NCBI GenBank assembly: GCA_964016885.1
Contig: OZ024742.1
Coordinates: 114,700,001-114,764,000 of the forward strand
Reading direction: 5' to 3'
Length of the DNA stretch: 64,000 nt
From: Eledone cirrhosa
Taxonomy: Eukaryota
In this document: piece after piece, positions 14,201 through 26,743 of the stretch
Numbering within the stretch: the first letter of the stretch is position 1
Layout of the letters: every line of letters begins with the position of its first letter
Translations under genes and position numbers: made by a program
Notes under the pieces: model-generated
The model's input: the letters and a program-made list of their open reading frames with translations, nothing else
The model's database searches: none
What the model was told of the DNA's origin: nothing

Positions 14201-15071
14201 TTATAGAGGATTAATGGAGGGGAAGAGCGACGACGTACTTGGGGAATCTCTAGGCGTAGACGAAAATCAACTAGCCAATCTCTTCGTAAGAACTTTCGGG
14301 CCGGTGCCTATGGACAACTTCCAGACATCTCTGGCCTGGCAGTGATACCGGGGAGCTTTGCCAGTTCGGGATAAAATCTACAGGCATGGAGGTGCCGTCA
14401 GCCGGGCATGTCCGAGATGGGCGCAGAGGGCGAAACCGTCCTGCAAGCACTCTTTCAGTGTCCGAAAATTGCTGACTTGTGGGTTTATGTCGAATACCTG
14501 CTGTCGCGTGAAGGATGGATCCGGCTATCATCTGAGTCCATCGTGAGAATTACCCCGCCCTCCTCCTTTAGCCGGGAAGGGCAGGCAGTTTTTTATCTGT
14601 CTGGTGGCCATGACGAAAGAGATAGTATGGTGGACACGTTTGAAAGGGCTGAAGACGAGCACTTCCCTCTTCGGTGATGCCCTAATTGACTTTTTCAAAT
14701 TTCATTTGAAAAGGAAAATCAGAGTAGAGAGGGAAGTGCTCTCTTCCCAGCATTTTTTTGAAAGATGGGTGAGAGAAGCAAGAATGGCCCGAGTGAATTG
14801 GCCTACTCTGTGTATATACCTGTAAATTAAAGATGGAGAATTGGGAGAGGGCACTTGCCTTGGTGGTCAGGGTCACTGTGGCCTTCTACTGGGCTTTCTC
14901 CACAAATGTCTCTCCGAAGTCTCCCCCTATTGGGGAATTTTTCATTGTTATTTTTTTGTTACATCCTCTGTTTTTGTTTTTTACACGAAGAAATGCCCAT
15001 TTGCACCGTCCTGTATTTTCCTCCACTGTCCTTAATGTCTACTTTATGTAAACATTTGTTGTTAATAAAGA
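11239..15071 (+). mobile_element. L1/Tx1-clade LINE copy A; ORF1 plus ORF2 with ~2.2 kb internal deletion
   Basis: ORF1 homologous to copy B (PSYCGQKIVRVKLTHVP); APE start LRIGSINARG joined directly to AYIASVICY; 3' half highly similar to 23780-25055; AATAAA at 3' end; (ATT)n on both sides. Confidence 0.92.
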
Positions 15072-15097
15072 AATCATCATTATTATTATTATTATTT

Positions 15098-18000
15098 GCA
15101 TTTATCTTGCTTTATGTTTATACGAGTTATCACCAAACACAACCAGTGACCTCAAGAGACAACAAGGTCCGCCATGTTCAAGAAAGAACATACATATTCA
15201 CACATGCATCCTTAGTGTTTAGACTTGTGATGTACTTATATTGACAGGATCTTCCTTAGTATATGGGCAGTTGCCATTAGTACTATCTTTTGTATTTCTC
15301 CTATACGCGGGTTTCCTGGGATTTGCGATAAGTAGTCGTTAGACCCTTTAGGTATCATTCCCAGAGCGCCTACAACCACTGGTATTGTTTTAGTTCTCAA
15401 TTTCCACATTTTTCCAATTTCTATCGCCAGGTCCTTATACTTGCTCAATTTTTCAAATGTTTTTATAGATACATTCTTGTCTATTGGAACAGACATATCA
15501 ATTAGCAGGTATACCCTCCTTTGAAAGTCCTTCAATATTATATCAGGTCTATTTGCATCTATTTTTCGGTCTGTTTGGATGCTAAAGTTCCACAAGATTG
15601 AGATGTGATCTTTTTCAAGTATGGGAGGTGGTTGATGCTCCCAGCAATTCTTTTGATGGGGCAGGTCAAAATACTTACACATTATCCAATGTATGTATTG
15701 TGCAGCTCTGTCATGCCTGTTTAGGTATTCGGTTGGAGCTATAGGACTGCACATTGAAATTATATGGTCAATGGTCTCTGGTTGTTTTTTGCATACACGG
15801 CATAATGGGCTGCACCCATTTCTTATTATGTTGGCTTGGTAATTTTTTGTTGGCAGACACTGATCTTGTGCCGATATAATCAGTCCTTCAGTCTCCGATT
15901 TCAGTCCAGAGGATGCCAACCACTGATGGGTTAAAGTTTTGTCAACATCAGGATTGTTAGCTCGCTCTAGGTATTTTCCATACAGAGGCTTTTCTTGCCA
16001 TTTCTTAGCCAGTTTCTGTAGCAGTTCTTTCTTTGCAGTTACTTTTACCTGCTTTGCTTTTTCTGTGTTTTCCATTTCAGCAGTAAATGAGACTTCTGAA
16101 ATTTGTAGTCCATTACTGTATCTTTGTGCATCTTTTGTAATGGAATATGATCTTTTGGTGCTTTCGTGTTTCAAAACGAGTTTGATCATCCAATCATGTG
16201 ATTCCCTTAGATATGTGGATAATCCAATTGTTGCAGTTTTCAACGCAATGTCTAACTGGATTAACCCACGTCCTCCTTCTTTCCTAGGGAGATATATTCT
16301 ATCTATGTCTGCCTTAGGGTGATGCATTCTGTGCATGGTTAAGAATTTTCGGATTTTTGTATCGAGCCTACGGATCTCTGTGCTTGACCAGTTGATGACA
16401 TTGTAACTGTAGGTTACTACTGGTATGGCAAGCGTGTTTATGGCATCGATCCTATTCCTTGCATTCAATTCCGTTCTGAAGAGTGCTCTGACTCTGCGGT
16501 AACATTCCTTCCTTATCCTTTCCCTCATTGTCGAGTGCTTGATTCCGTCTCCTTCACAAACACCTAGATATTTGTAAGTTTTTTTCTTGATCAAGCTCTC
16601 TTATCACGTTCCCCCGATCAAGATTAATGTCTGAACTTTTCAGCAGCTTTCCTCTGGTGAACGTTGCTTTTGGCGCATTTATCCAGGCCAAACTCCATTT
16701 TAATGTCAACACTGAACTGCTTCACAGTCGATAATAGCCCTTGCAATTGTTCATCATTTTTTGCAATTAGTTTCAGGTCATCCATGTAGAACAGGTGATT
16801 AATGGTTTTGTTATAGACTCTATATCCATGTTTTGTTTCATTGAGCATTTTACTTAATGGTATAAGTGCGATGCAGAATAAAAGCAGTGATAAAAAGTCA
16901 CCCTGAAAAATTCCACAATTAATGTTAACTTCTCCAGCTTCCAGTGATTTTGTTTCACTATTCAAAAGGAGTGTTGTTCTCCATGTCCTCATACTGAATG
17001 ACAAAAACCTCCTGACAACGGGGGATATTTTGAAAATCTCTAAACATTTTTCAATCCAACTGTGTGGCAAACTATCGAATGCTTTTTTATAATCTATCCA
17101 AGCAATCGATAGATTTTTGTGTCTATTATGACAATCTTCCAGTATCATTTTGTTAACCAGAAGCTGATCATTACAGCCATATGAGCCTCGTTTACACCCT
17201 TTCTGCTCAATGGGAAATAGGTCATTTGTTATGAGCTGGTCATATGTGTATTCAGTTAGGACTGATGTTAACATTTTATACATTGTGGTCAAGCAGGTTA
17301 TCGGTCTGTAATTTTTGGGATTCTTTGTCTCATCATTCTTCGGTAGCAGGAATGTAATGCCGTTAACTAGCCATGACGGTATCTTTTCTGGCTCCTTAAC
17401 TATTTCATTGTAAATTTGGGCTAACAGCTCATGAGACTCTGTGAAGGCATTTATCCAAAAGTTTTGTATTTTGTCTTTTCCTGGGGATTTCCATTTGCTG
17501 GTTTTTCTTAGAGCCAAGCGCAGCTGTTCAACTGTTATATTTTCCCATTTTGTTCTTCAAGGTGAGATGTTTCTTTCATTTGTCTGTCTATCCATGGGGC
17601 ATGTATGTTATGAACTTTTTCTTCGGCCCAGATGTTTTCCCAGAATTCTTGCACTTCCTCCTTGGGTGGTATTGATTTAGCAGTTATTGTTGACTTACCA
17701 ATTTTTCTGTAGAAGTTTCTTTGGTTGTTTTTGAACATATTATTGTCCTTATAGAATCTAGATCGTTTTTCAAAGCGCCTTATACGAGCAGCTTTGGCCG
17801 ACACTTTTTGCTTGATTGTTTCTATCAGCATGTCTATGTCACATGCTGATCTTCTACTGTACTTTTTTTTCAATTTTCTCAGTTTAGTTTGTTTAACATG
17901 TTCACCTACTTTATAGTTTGTTAAAAGTTCTATGTCAGATCGGAGAAGGTTTATTTGGCGATTGATGTTATCTTGCCAAGTAGATTTCTTGTGGGAATTC

Positions 18001-19128
18001 CTTTGTTTTTTCATCTTCACTCCACATAAGTGAGTGGTGACTTTAGCCGATGCATAATAGAAATGATTTAAGTCAGTAATGTTTAGTTTGTTTGTGATGA
18101 TAATGTTTTTGAGAATTATGTTAGTCTTGTGTATTATCTTTTGGTTCTGTTTGGAGTTCTGGATCTTAGGGAGGGTGTCTCGTTGCCCCATGTCAGATTC
18201 TTTCATTTTCATCCATTCGATCATAATTTCATCCTTCAAGTTGGCAAGTTCATTCTCATTCATTTCTTTATCATTTACGATCTCATTATTTTCATTTGGA
18301 GTTTCATCCTGAGCATGCACTCCCTCCACTGTTTCGCTCCTTTCTTTAATTTGTTCTGCTGCCAGTGATTCCGCCCCAACCCTGGGATTCGAAGTGTTAC
18401 AGTTTACCTCGTTTTCACTGAAACATGCTTCATTTACCCTTCGCTGACTTTGTGCTACTAGCTTGATCTGATCAATTTCTATATCAGTTAGTAACTTTTT
18501 ACTTACAATATTTCTTCGTATATTGGCTAGTTTGTTACTGTCAATATAGCCTCTGTTTTCGGGATGTTTCTTTTTCCAGTTGATATATGTTTGTTCTGTA
18601 TTCGATGTATTTGATGGGTAGTACATGGCAGTGTAGAAAGCCTCAAGGACTTCTTTATTATCTTCCCTTGACCATTTTTCTCTCTTTTTCTTTGGATTTC
18701 TTGGAGGTGAGCATGGAGGGCCAACAGTATGAGTATTCCGGTTATGGGAGGTCTCCAGCTCCGAAGTGATGGGAAGGTTTGAACCATTAGCTGATTTTTC
18801 GAGCCCAGTCTGGTTCCTCTCTTAGGGACGCGGCACTTTTTTGCCCGGGTGACGGCCGATCCGGTATGATATTTTATCATTAGACATTTACTTTATTTTG
18901 TCGCGTTTTATCCTTATCCGCCAAGGGGTAATCATTTCGTGTTACCACTTCTAGAACGAGTGTCAACCAAGACTAGAGGGGTCGTTCTCCCCTAGAGACA
19001 TGGCTATTCTCCGCCGGCCGCCATCCCGGTATTTATTGGTCACGGGGTTTTCTTTTTGTTGTTTTTTTTTAAATTGTTATTATCATGAGTGGTTCCTTAA
19101 TGTGAGCATTGTGTGGCTTAAGAATGAA
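15098..19128 (-). mobile_element. R4/Dong-clade non-LTR retrotransposon, near full-length, frameshifted single ORF (18880-15236): RT + CCHC + restriction-like endonuclease
   Basis: WKSPGKD, NYRPITCL, IDYKKAFDS, GIFQGD, LFYMDDLKL, YKYLG, CRVCKKQPETIDHIISMC, RHD, RPDIILKD...LIDMSVP...KLSKY; (TAA)n at both ends on the element strand. Confidence 0.93.
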
Positions 19129-19164
<36 letters not shown>

Positions 19165-19373
19165 GGCGACCTACGTAGTAAATCGTATCATCGTGAGCTC
19201 CGCAAAGGTTTGTTATTTCCGTTTGTTAAAAATTGTCATTTATGGAAAATTTTATTGTGAACTGTTTATAAGCGCACATACATTGTTTTCCGAAAAGGAC
19301 ACCCAAAAAGATTGTGGCCTTGTGCCCAAAATTTAAACTTTTATTATTATCAAAAAAAATTTCTTTGAAAAAA

Positions 19374-21371
19374 ATGGCTAATTCACCTCTGCACCAAACA
19401 GCTGAAAGCCTTCCTCACAAATTAACACCTCACACCGACACCACCATTGTAAATGTTACTACGTTTGCCAACACAAAAAAAAATATAAGCAGTAGCAATA
19501 TTTTAAATTTGTCTCAGGCAGACATTCATTTCCCGCCATTACCAATGACTGCAGGTGTTAAAGCCTCCACCACCACCACCACCGCGACCCCCCCCCCCCC
19601 CCCCCACCACCACCACCGCGACAACAGAAACAAAAGATGAAAAAAATAAATTAACTCGTGATGTCGAAATGAAATCAAGTAAAATGGACTCTTCCCCACC
19701 AAAGACGACTGACGTCACCACAACCACAACTGAAACTAAAATTAATATTAACACAAATAACGATAGCAACAACAACAACAATGACATTATAAAACCGACC
19801 CTCAGTTTCGCCAGAGTAGCAAAACAGTTCGAAGCATTTACGGTAACTCAGGAGGATTTAGAAAATGCCAAACAAATGGTAAAGCAAGATGGGTACAGGG
19901 TCAGCCTCACTCCCACCTAATAACATGGAGCATCGGCGCCTATGCACCGTGTCGTATAGAACAATAAATGTAAAATCGCGCCGAGTGGAACGGGCATCCG
20001 AGTCCCAAATCCAAAAAGCTTTGGGACATGTGTGGGCAAGAAAAACCCACATCAGACGTGGGCAAAAGTATGGAACCGTGGATGTGTTCTTTGAAACACC
20101 AGAGGAGGCTAGAGAACACTCCATGGCCCATTAAAAAGTGACGACTTCACACTCGCCCCAAGCTATTGTGGCCAGAGACTCGTAAAGATCAGGGTGACCC
20201 ACGTTCCACCGGCTATCGAAATTCCCTGGCTAATAGCGGCCGTCCTCGCCGGCATCGAAGCCAACACGAAAATAATAGCAATAGCAAAAGAAAAGCAGGA
20301 GAACTGGTCCGGATCTGGGATGGAGCTCTTGATCCAAGCGGAACAAAAAAGTATTGAGGAGATCCCAGAGGTAATAGACCTCACTGACGGCAGCCAGCTC
20401 ACGGTAATTGTCGAGGGCAGAAGACCTAGGTGTGTCGTTTGTGGTGAAGGAACCCACCTAAGGGCTTTCTGCCCTCAGGCTAAAAGGTTGAGGCCACCTC
20501 TCCTACCCACCCCAGTGACACAACCATCAACACCTCCAGTAGCAGAGATGGCAGCAACATATGTAGCAGCAACAACAGAAGCAACTATAACAGCAACAAC
20601 CCCAGCAACAGTAGCAAAACCAACACCACTACCACCACCAGCAAAACCAACACCACCACCACCCAACGCTTCAGAACTAGCACCAGCGCCTACACCATCC
20701 ACCACACCACAACCAAAACTAACGGCTGTGGAGGATTTTCCACTCCCCGGCCTATCACAACTGGAGACAGATTGTGACGACGAGGATTGGGAAACGATAT
20801 CCGGAACAAAAAAAGAAACCAAAAAAGAAAAAATGCTCTTCCTTCCCCCTCCAAAAACAAAATACAGAGTGAAACAAATAAATTAAGAAATAAAAAAGTT
20901 ATGACAGATATGCCACCATCCACACCAGCATCACCAACCCCATCAACCCAAACACCAACACCATCACCATCATTAACCCCAACACCACCATCACCTACAC
21001 CACAAAAGTCACCAAAATGCGAAACAGAAACAAACCCACAACAAACGCAAACAAAACAAAACAACCAAAACGATACACACTACACAGCATTAAATTTGAA
21101 CAACAAGCAATTATTACACTACATCCAACACAACACCAGCATCACAGCAAAAGACTACACAACAACCCCAAAATTCACACCACCTCCACACATACAAATC
21201 ACTCGCATCACACAGAAAACGTACATGACACTAAAACAAAAATTCCCCAAAGACATCGGAGACTTCCGACAAACACTCTCCAGGAGGATTTATAAGGACA
21301 TCCTTCCTGAGGAGGCCACAAGCAGTGAAAAGGATGGAAAAACCGTCCTTCCCCTACGAGAAGTAAGGTAA
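19374..21371 (+). pseudogene. Tx1 ORF1 (gag-like, CCHC knuckle, Pro/Thr-rich), frameshifted
   Basis: CVVCGEGTHLRAFCP zinc knuckle; C-terminus LPLREVR* matches LPLRKVR* in copy A. Confidence 0.85.
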
Positions 21372-21405
21372 GTGGTCTTTCCCATCTTTTCCACTCCTTT
21401 TCAAC

Positions 21406-24400
21406 ATGACCTCACTCAGAATAGGCAGCATAAATGCGCGTGGCTTGGGGTCGTCATGGAAGCAGGGCCACCTGCTCAACGACCTCAGGTCACTAAACAT
21501 AGATGTAGTGGCCATCAGCGATACCAGAATCTCCGAAGCTCAGGCTTTCGCACCGATCTTCGGCGGCTACGATGTGTACGCATCTCCCAGCCGTCCGGGA
21601 TCGGGGGGGGGGGGGCTGCTGTGCTTTTTCGGAGAGGTTTGGATCTTGCCATACGGGCCATCTTCCTGGACCCAGAAGGTAAGTTGGTGGTGCTGGACGT
21701 GACCAGCAGAGACGGGCTCTTTCAGGTTAGTGGCCGTCTATGCCCCGATAGGAGCAGGGCGGCCTGATTTCTTCCGGCGTCTGGAGACCTTTCTTGGAAC
21801 GTCCCGCTCTTTAGTGTTAGTGGGCGACTGGAACGGGATCTTAGATGCACGCTGGGTTTGTGTGGGATTAGTGGATAGGGAAGGAGGGTGCAAGAGTCTC
21901 ACCAACCTGCTCAGACGTTTTGAACTGTATGACAGGTACCGAATGGATTTCCCGAATGTACCAATGTGGACTTGGACAAATCGCATTGGGTCATCCAGAT
22001 CATATCTAGATAGAGTATTTTGTAGGGAAATAGATAGGTCTAGCATAGGCTGTCCACAATTCAAGATAGTCAGCTACACGGACCACAAATTCGTGATCTG
22101 TGTGCTTGACTTAGATAGGCTACATAGACGAGGACCCGGCTACTGGAAGCTAAACGCGTCCTTACCAGCGCGCAAGGCCTACAGAGACCGGATTAGCGAA
22201 ATAGTTAAGCGGGCGTTGACGGGGGCCATCGTCAACAACAAGTGGTGGTTTGCTCTGAAAAGAGGAATTAGAATAGAGTCCATTAGGTTTAGTAAGACTT
22301 TAGCAATAGAGAAAAATAGAGCAGAGGGAGAATTAGTTAGAAAATTAGATGAGGCGCTTAGCAAAGGCATCGCGACCGACGTACTTGCGGCGAAATTGGC
22401 CCTTGACCAATTCTTCAATGCAAAGCACGAAGGCTGCGTTGTCAGAGCTAGTGTGCGTGCTCTCAGACACGAGGGGACGAAAGCCGTTCAATGGGCCCGA
22501 GTGGCGGAGGCGCGTCGTGGCAACAAAGCCACGATCTGGTCTTTGGTGGACCACGACGGGCGCATGCTACTCGATCTCGGGCAAATGTGTGAAGCTTTTT
22601 AGCGACACTTCGCTCAACTGTTCGGGGGCAGTGGCGGGCCGGATCGAGGGATGGACTTTAGTGTCTACCTCGACGGACTGCCGTGGGTTTCGGCCACTGA
22701 GGCGGAGTGTTGCGAAAAGCCGATAACAACCGCTGATGTACGGGATGCAATGAATTGTTGCACAAGGGGTAAATCGCCTGGTTTGGATGGTCTGCCCTAT
22801 GAACTTTACGTACAAATGCCAAACTTGTTCGGAGACCTCTTGGCGGACGTCTACTGCAACTGGCAACAGAACGGGAGAATTCCCAGCTATGTGAGCCGAG
22901 GAGCGGTGGCGCTGCTGAGAAAGGATCCGAACAAGGGGGATAACATAGATAATTTTAGGCCCATAACTCTGCTAAACATAGAGTTCAAGATTTTGGCCAA
23001 GGTGCTAGCAAAGAGGTTGGCGCTTGTCGTTGGTGGTCTGGTGGGAGAGGCACAGACATGCGCCATACCCGACAGATCCATCCACGACAACCTCCACCTC
23101 ATGCGATACATCGTAGAGAGGGTAGCTAGGGAACCTGGTCTTTGATCAATTTAGATCAGTCGAAAGCCTTCGATAGGGTCGACCATCGTTACCTAGCGGC
23201 AGTCCTAAGGGCGGCTGGCTTTGGGCCCGTCTTCAGAGGCTGGATCGGTGCCATTCACAGCGACATCTGCTCTGTAGTGAGAGTGAACAGTCACCTTTCG
23301 GAACCGTTCAACATCATGCGCTCGGTCCGCCAAGGATGTCACCTCACGTCCCTATTGTACGTATTGATACTCGAGCCATTACTGCAGAAACTGGAGACGT
23401 TGAGGGGGGTCCCGCGCGAACTAGGATGCGGAAGATCCGTGTCAGCATATGCCGACGATGTCACCGTAGTGGTGTCGAATGCCAAACACATGGAGGCGAT
23501 CGGGACTACACTAAGAAAATACGAAGCGGTGACAGGAGCAATGATCAACCAGGAAAAGTCAGTGGGCCTGCAGCTCGGTACCTGGAGAGGCAGGACCATG
23601 CCGTCCAACAGCGTCGTCGGGCGCTGGACGGACGGACCGGTTAAATTGCTAGGGGTCTGGTTCGGTCCAGACCTCCAGACGGACAAAAACTGGGACGAGG
23701 TGACGAGCAGGGTGGCTTCTCTCATCCAGAAATGGGCCAAGAGGAAGCTATCCCTGAAAGGTCGAGCGGAGGTGGCTAACGCGTACATCGCATCCGTCAT
23801 CTACTACCGCCTGACAGTCGTACATTGTCCTAAGCCCCGCCTGACTGCGCTGGAACCTTTGCTCTTTCGCTTCTTGTGGAAGGGACGCGCTCCGATGGTC
23901 AGGCGGTCCATCTGCTGTCAACACCCGCTACGTGGAGGGCTGGGCATGCCGTGGCTGATGATGCGCAGACACGCGCTCAGGCTACGACATCTCCACCTCT
24001 TCCTCGACGGTGATCAGGTGTGGTCGCCGTTTGCTAGACACGTTATTCCCCAGCTCGTCTCCTTGACGGAGCTGCAGTCCTGGGTCAAGCGAAGACCGAG
24101 AGGGAGCGCTTGGAGACTGGAATGTCTTCAGGCGCTCACAGCCCTCGACCAATCGGGCAATGTGATCGGTGGAAACTCCACCTTGGCGTTCTATAGGGGA
24201 TTAGTGGAAGGGAAGAGCGACGACGTACTTGGAGAAACTCTAGTTGTCGACGAAAATCAACTAGCCAATCACTTCGGAAGGACTTTCGGGCCGGGGCCTA
24301 TGGACAACTTCCAGAAATCCCTGGCCTGGCAGTGCTACCGGGGCCCTTTGTCACTTCGGGATAAACTTTACAGGCATGGAGGTGCCGTCAGCCGGGCATG

Positions 24401-24815
24401 TCCGAGATGCGCACAGGGCGACGAAACCGTCCTGCACGCACTCGTCCAGTGTCCGAGCATTGCTGTCTTGTGGGTTTATGTCGAACACCTGCTGTCACGT
24501 GTAGGACGGATCCAGCTATCAGCTGAGTCCATCGTGAGGATTGCCCCGCCCTCTTCATTTAGCCGGGAAGGGCAGGCAGTTTTTATCTGTCTGGTGGCCA
24601 TGGCGAAAGAGATAGTATGGTGGCCCCTTTTTAAAGGGCTGAAGACGAGCACTTACCTCTTCGGTGATGCCCTGATTAACTTTTTCAAATTTCATCTGAA
24701 AAGGAAAATCAGGGTAGAGACGGAAGTGCTCTCTTCCCAGTATTTTGTTGAAAGATGGGTGAGAGAAGCAAGTATGGCCCGAATGAATGGGCCTTCTCTG
24801 AGTATGTGTCTGTAA
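21406..24815 (+). pseudogene. Tx1 ORF2 (APE endonuclease, RT, C-terminal zinc finger) with several disruptions
   Basis: SINARGL, VGDWN, YLDRVF, TDH, WKLN, KSPGLDG, FRPITLLN, LDQSKAFDRV, VRQGC, AYADDV, CPRC-x8-H-x4-C. Confidence 0.95.
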
Positions 24816-25061
24816 ATTAAAGGTGGGAAACTGGGAGAGGGCACTTGCCCTGGTGGTCAGGGCCACTGTGGTCTTTTAATGGGCTTTCTCCACAAATGTC
24901 CCTCGGAAGTCTCCCCCCTATTGGGGAATTTTTCTTTGTTATTTTATTTCATCCTCTGTTTTTTTTTACACGCAGAAATGCCCATTTGTACCGTCCTGTA
25001 TTGTCCTGTACTGTCTTTAATGTTTACTTTATGTAAACCCTTGTGGTTAATAAAGAAAACA

Positions 25062-25163
<102 letters not shown>

Positions 25164-26174
25164 ATTATTATTATTATTATATATATATATATGATCACAT
25201 GCTCATATACAGACACACAAACAGAAACACCCAATCAATCAACACGGGCACACATAGAAATTACACCTCAACCACACAGTGATTATTTACACTACACTAA
25301 TCTAGTTCCACTGCACTTACAGCCCACCCTACATTGTTATGTACCCATCCTCTCTTCTATACTGTTGTTATTATTACACTCTGCGACAAACTCATCCTAC
25401 ACGGGCACTTCAAGAAATAGCACAAATTTCTGACCGCTGCATCGCATTGCATCGTATGCTTTGTTGACAATCCCGGATTCCACCACGCGCACATCTTCTT
25501 TCTTATGTAGTTACCCCTACACATCTCTTTTCTCATTTGTACACATGGATATGTGGGTGATGGCAATACTACAAACATATGTACACACACACAATCATAA
25601 ATAAACTTATGAATTGCCCCAAACACCACACACAGATAATTCTCTAATCCACTCACACATATAACCACACAAGAATATACAAATTCACCCTTATTTCTAC
25701 ACAGTTGCACTCATTAAAATACATAGAAATTCCGACAGACGTATATATACACACATACACACACATGTGGATATACACACTCGCACGTGCACATACAGAT
25801 GTATACATACTCACGAATTGCATTTCATATGCTTACACGTATCATCGCCAATGATGCACCTGGAATATCCACCTCGGCTCCCACACTCGTGCGCCGGAAT
25901 ACTCGCCGTTCTTCCTCGTCCATCTAAAACAAGTGAACTTTTCTCACTCAAATATTCCACCTTCTGTTTACCGCACATCCTTTTTCTCCGATGTTTGCTC
26001 TTTTCTGATGAAGGACTTTTTTTTCGATATGCTAAGACATGTTATACTACTTTATTTTCATTTTTCACGCCCCGTGTTAATTTCTTTTGTTACAGTTTCA
26101 CTACCTGCGGTGATGTGCTGCAATTTACAATAAATAATGTCTTGCAACACTTAATTTATTAAATGGTTCCAAGT

Positions 26175-26688
26175 TCCATTTAGATAACATGGTGTTACTA
26201 AACTCGGCAGAAGCTGATCTCAGACTTGCTCTCGATAGGTTCCATGAGTGCTGCATGATTGAAATGAAAACAAGTGCTGCGAAATCTGAGACACGCGTCA
26301 TCTCAAAGAAGCCTGCGCATTGCACTTTACATTTGATTGGATTGCAACTGAAGCTTGTAGAGTAGTTCAATTAGGTCGAGTCCGTGTTTAAGTGTGATGA
26401 AAGCGCTAAATTAAATGCACGAAGAGCTAGAGCAATAAAGTGCCAGCTTCAGCATTCAGTAATCAGGAGAAGGGAGGTTGGCGTAAAACTAAAGTTTGCT
26501 ATCATCTATTCGGTATTTGAGCCAACCCTTAACTATGCTCATGAATCTTGGCTATTTGACGGTAAATCTATAAGAGGCCGAAATGAGGTTCACCCGAAAG
26601 GCATTTGTAGTAACGCTACTCGATAGAGTTCGTAGATCAGAGATCAAATACTCACTCCAGGAAGGCAGAAATGCGGCGCACAGAATGG

Positions 26689-26690
<2 letters not shown>
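26175..26690 (+). mobile_element. RTE-clade LINE fragment
   Basis: DNMVLLNSAEADLRLALDRF, EPTLNYAHESW, TLLDRVRRSEI; related to 9060-10110. Confidence 0.75.
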
Positions 26691-26740
<50 letters not shown>

Positions 26741-26743
26741 GTA

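Larger units (their letters stand above)
19165..25060 (+). mobile_element. L1/Tx1-clade LINE copy B, full-length
   Basis: ORF1 and ORF2 as listed below; 3' AATAAA; flanked by (ATT)n on the 5' side and ATT/TA repeats on the 3' side. Confidence 0.95.
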
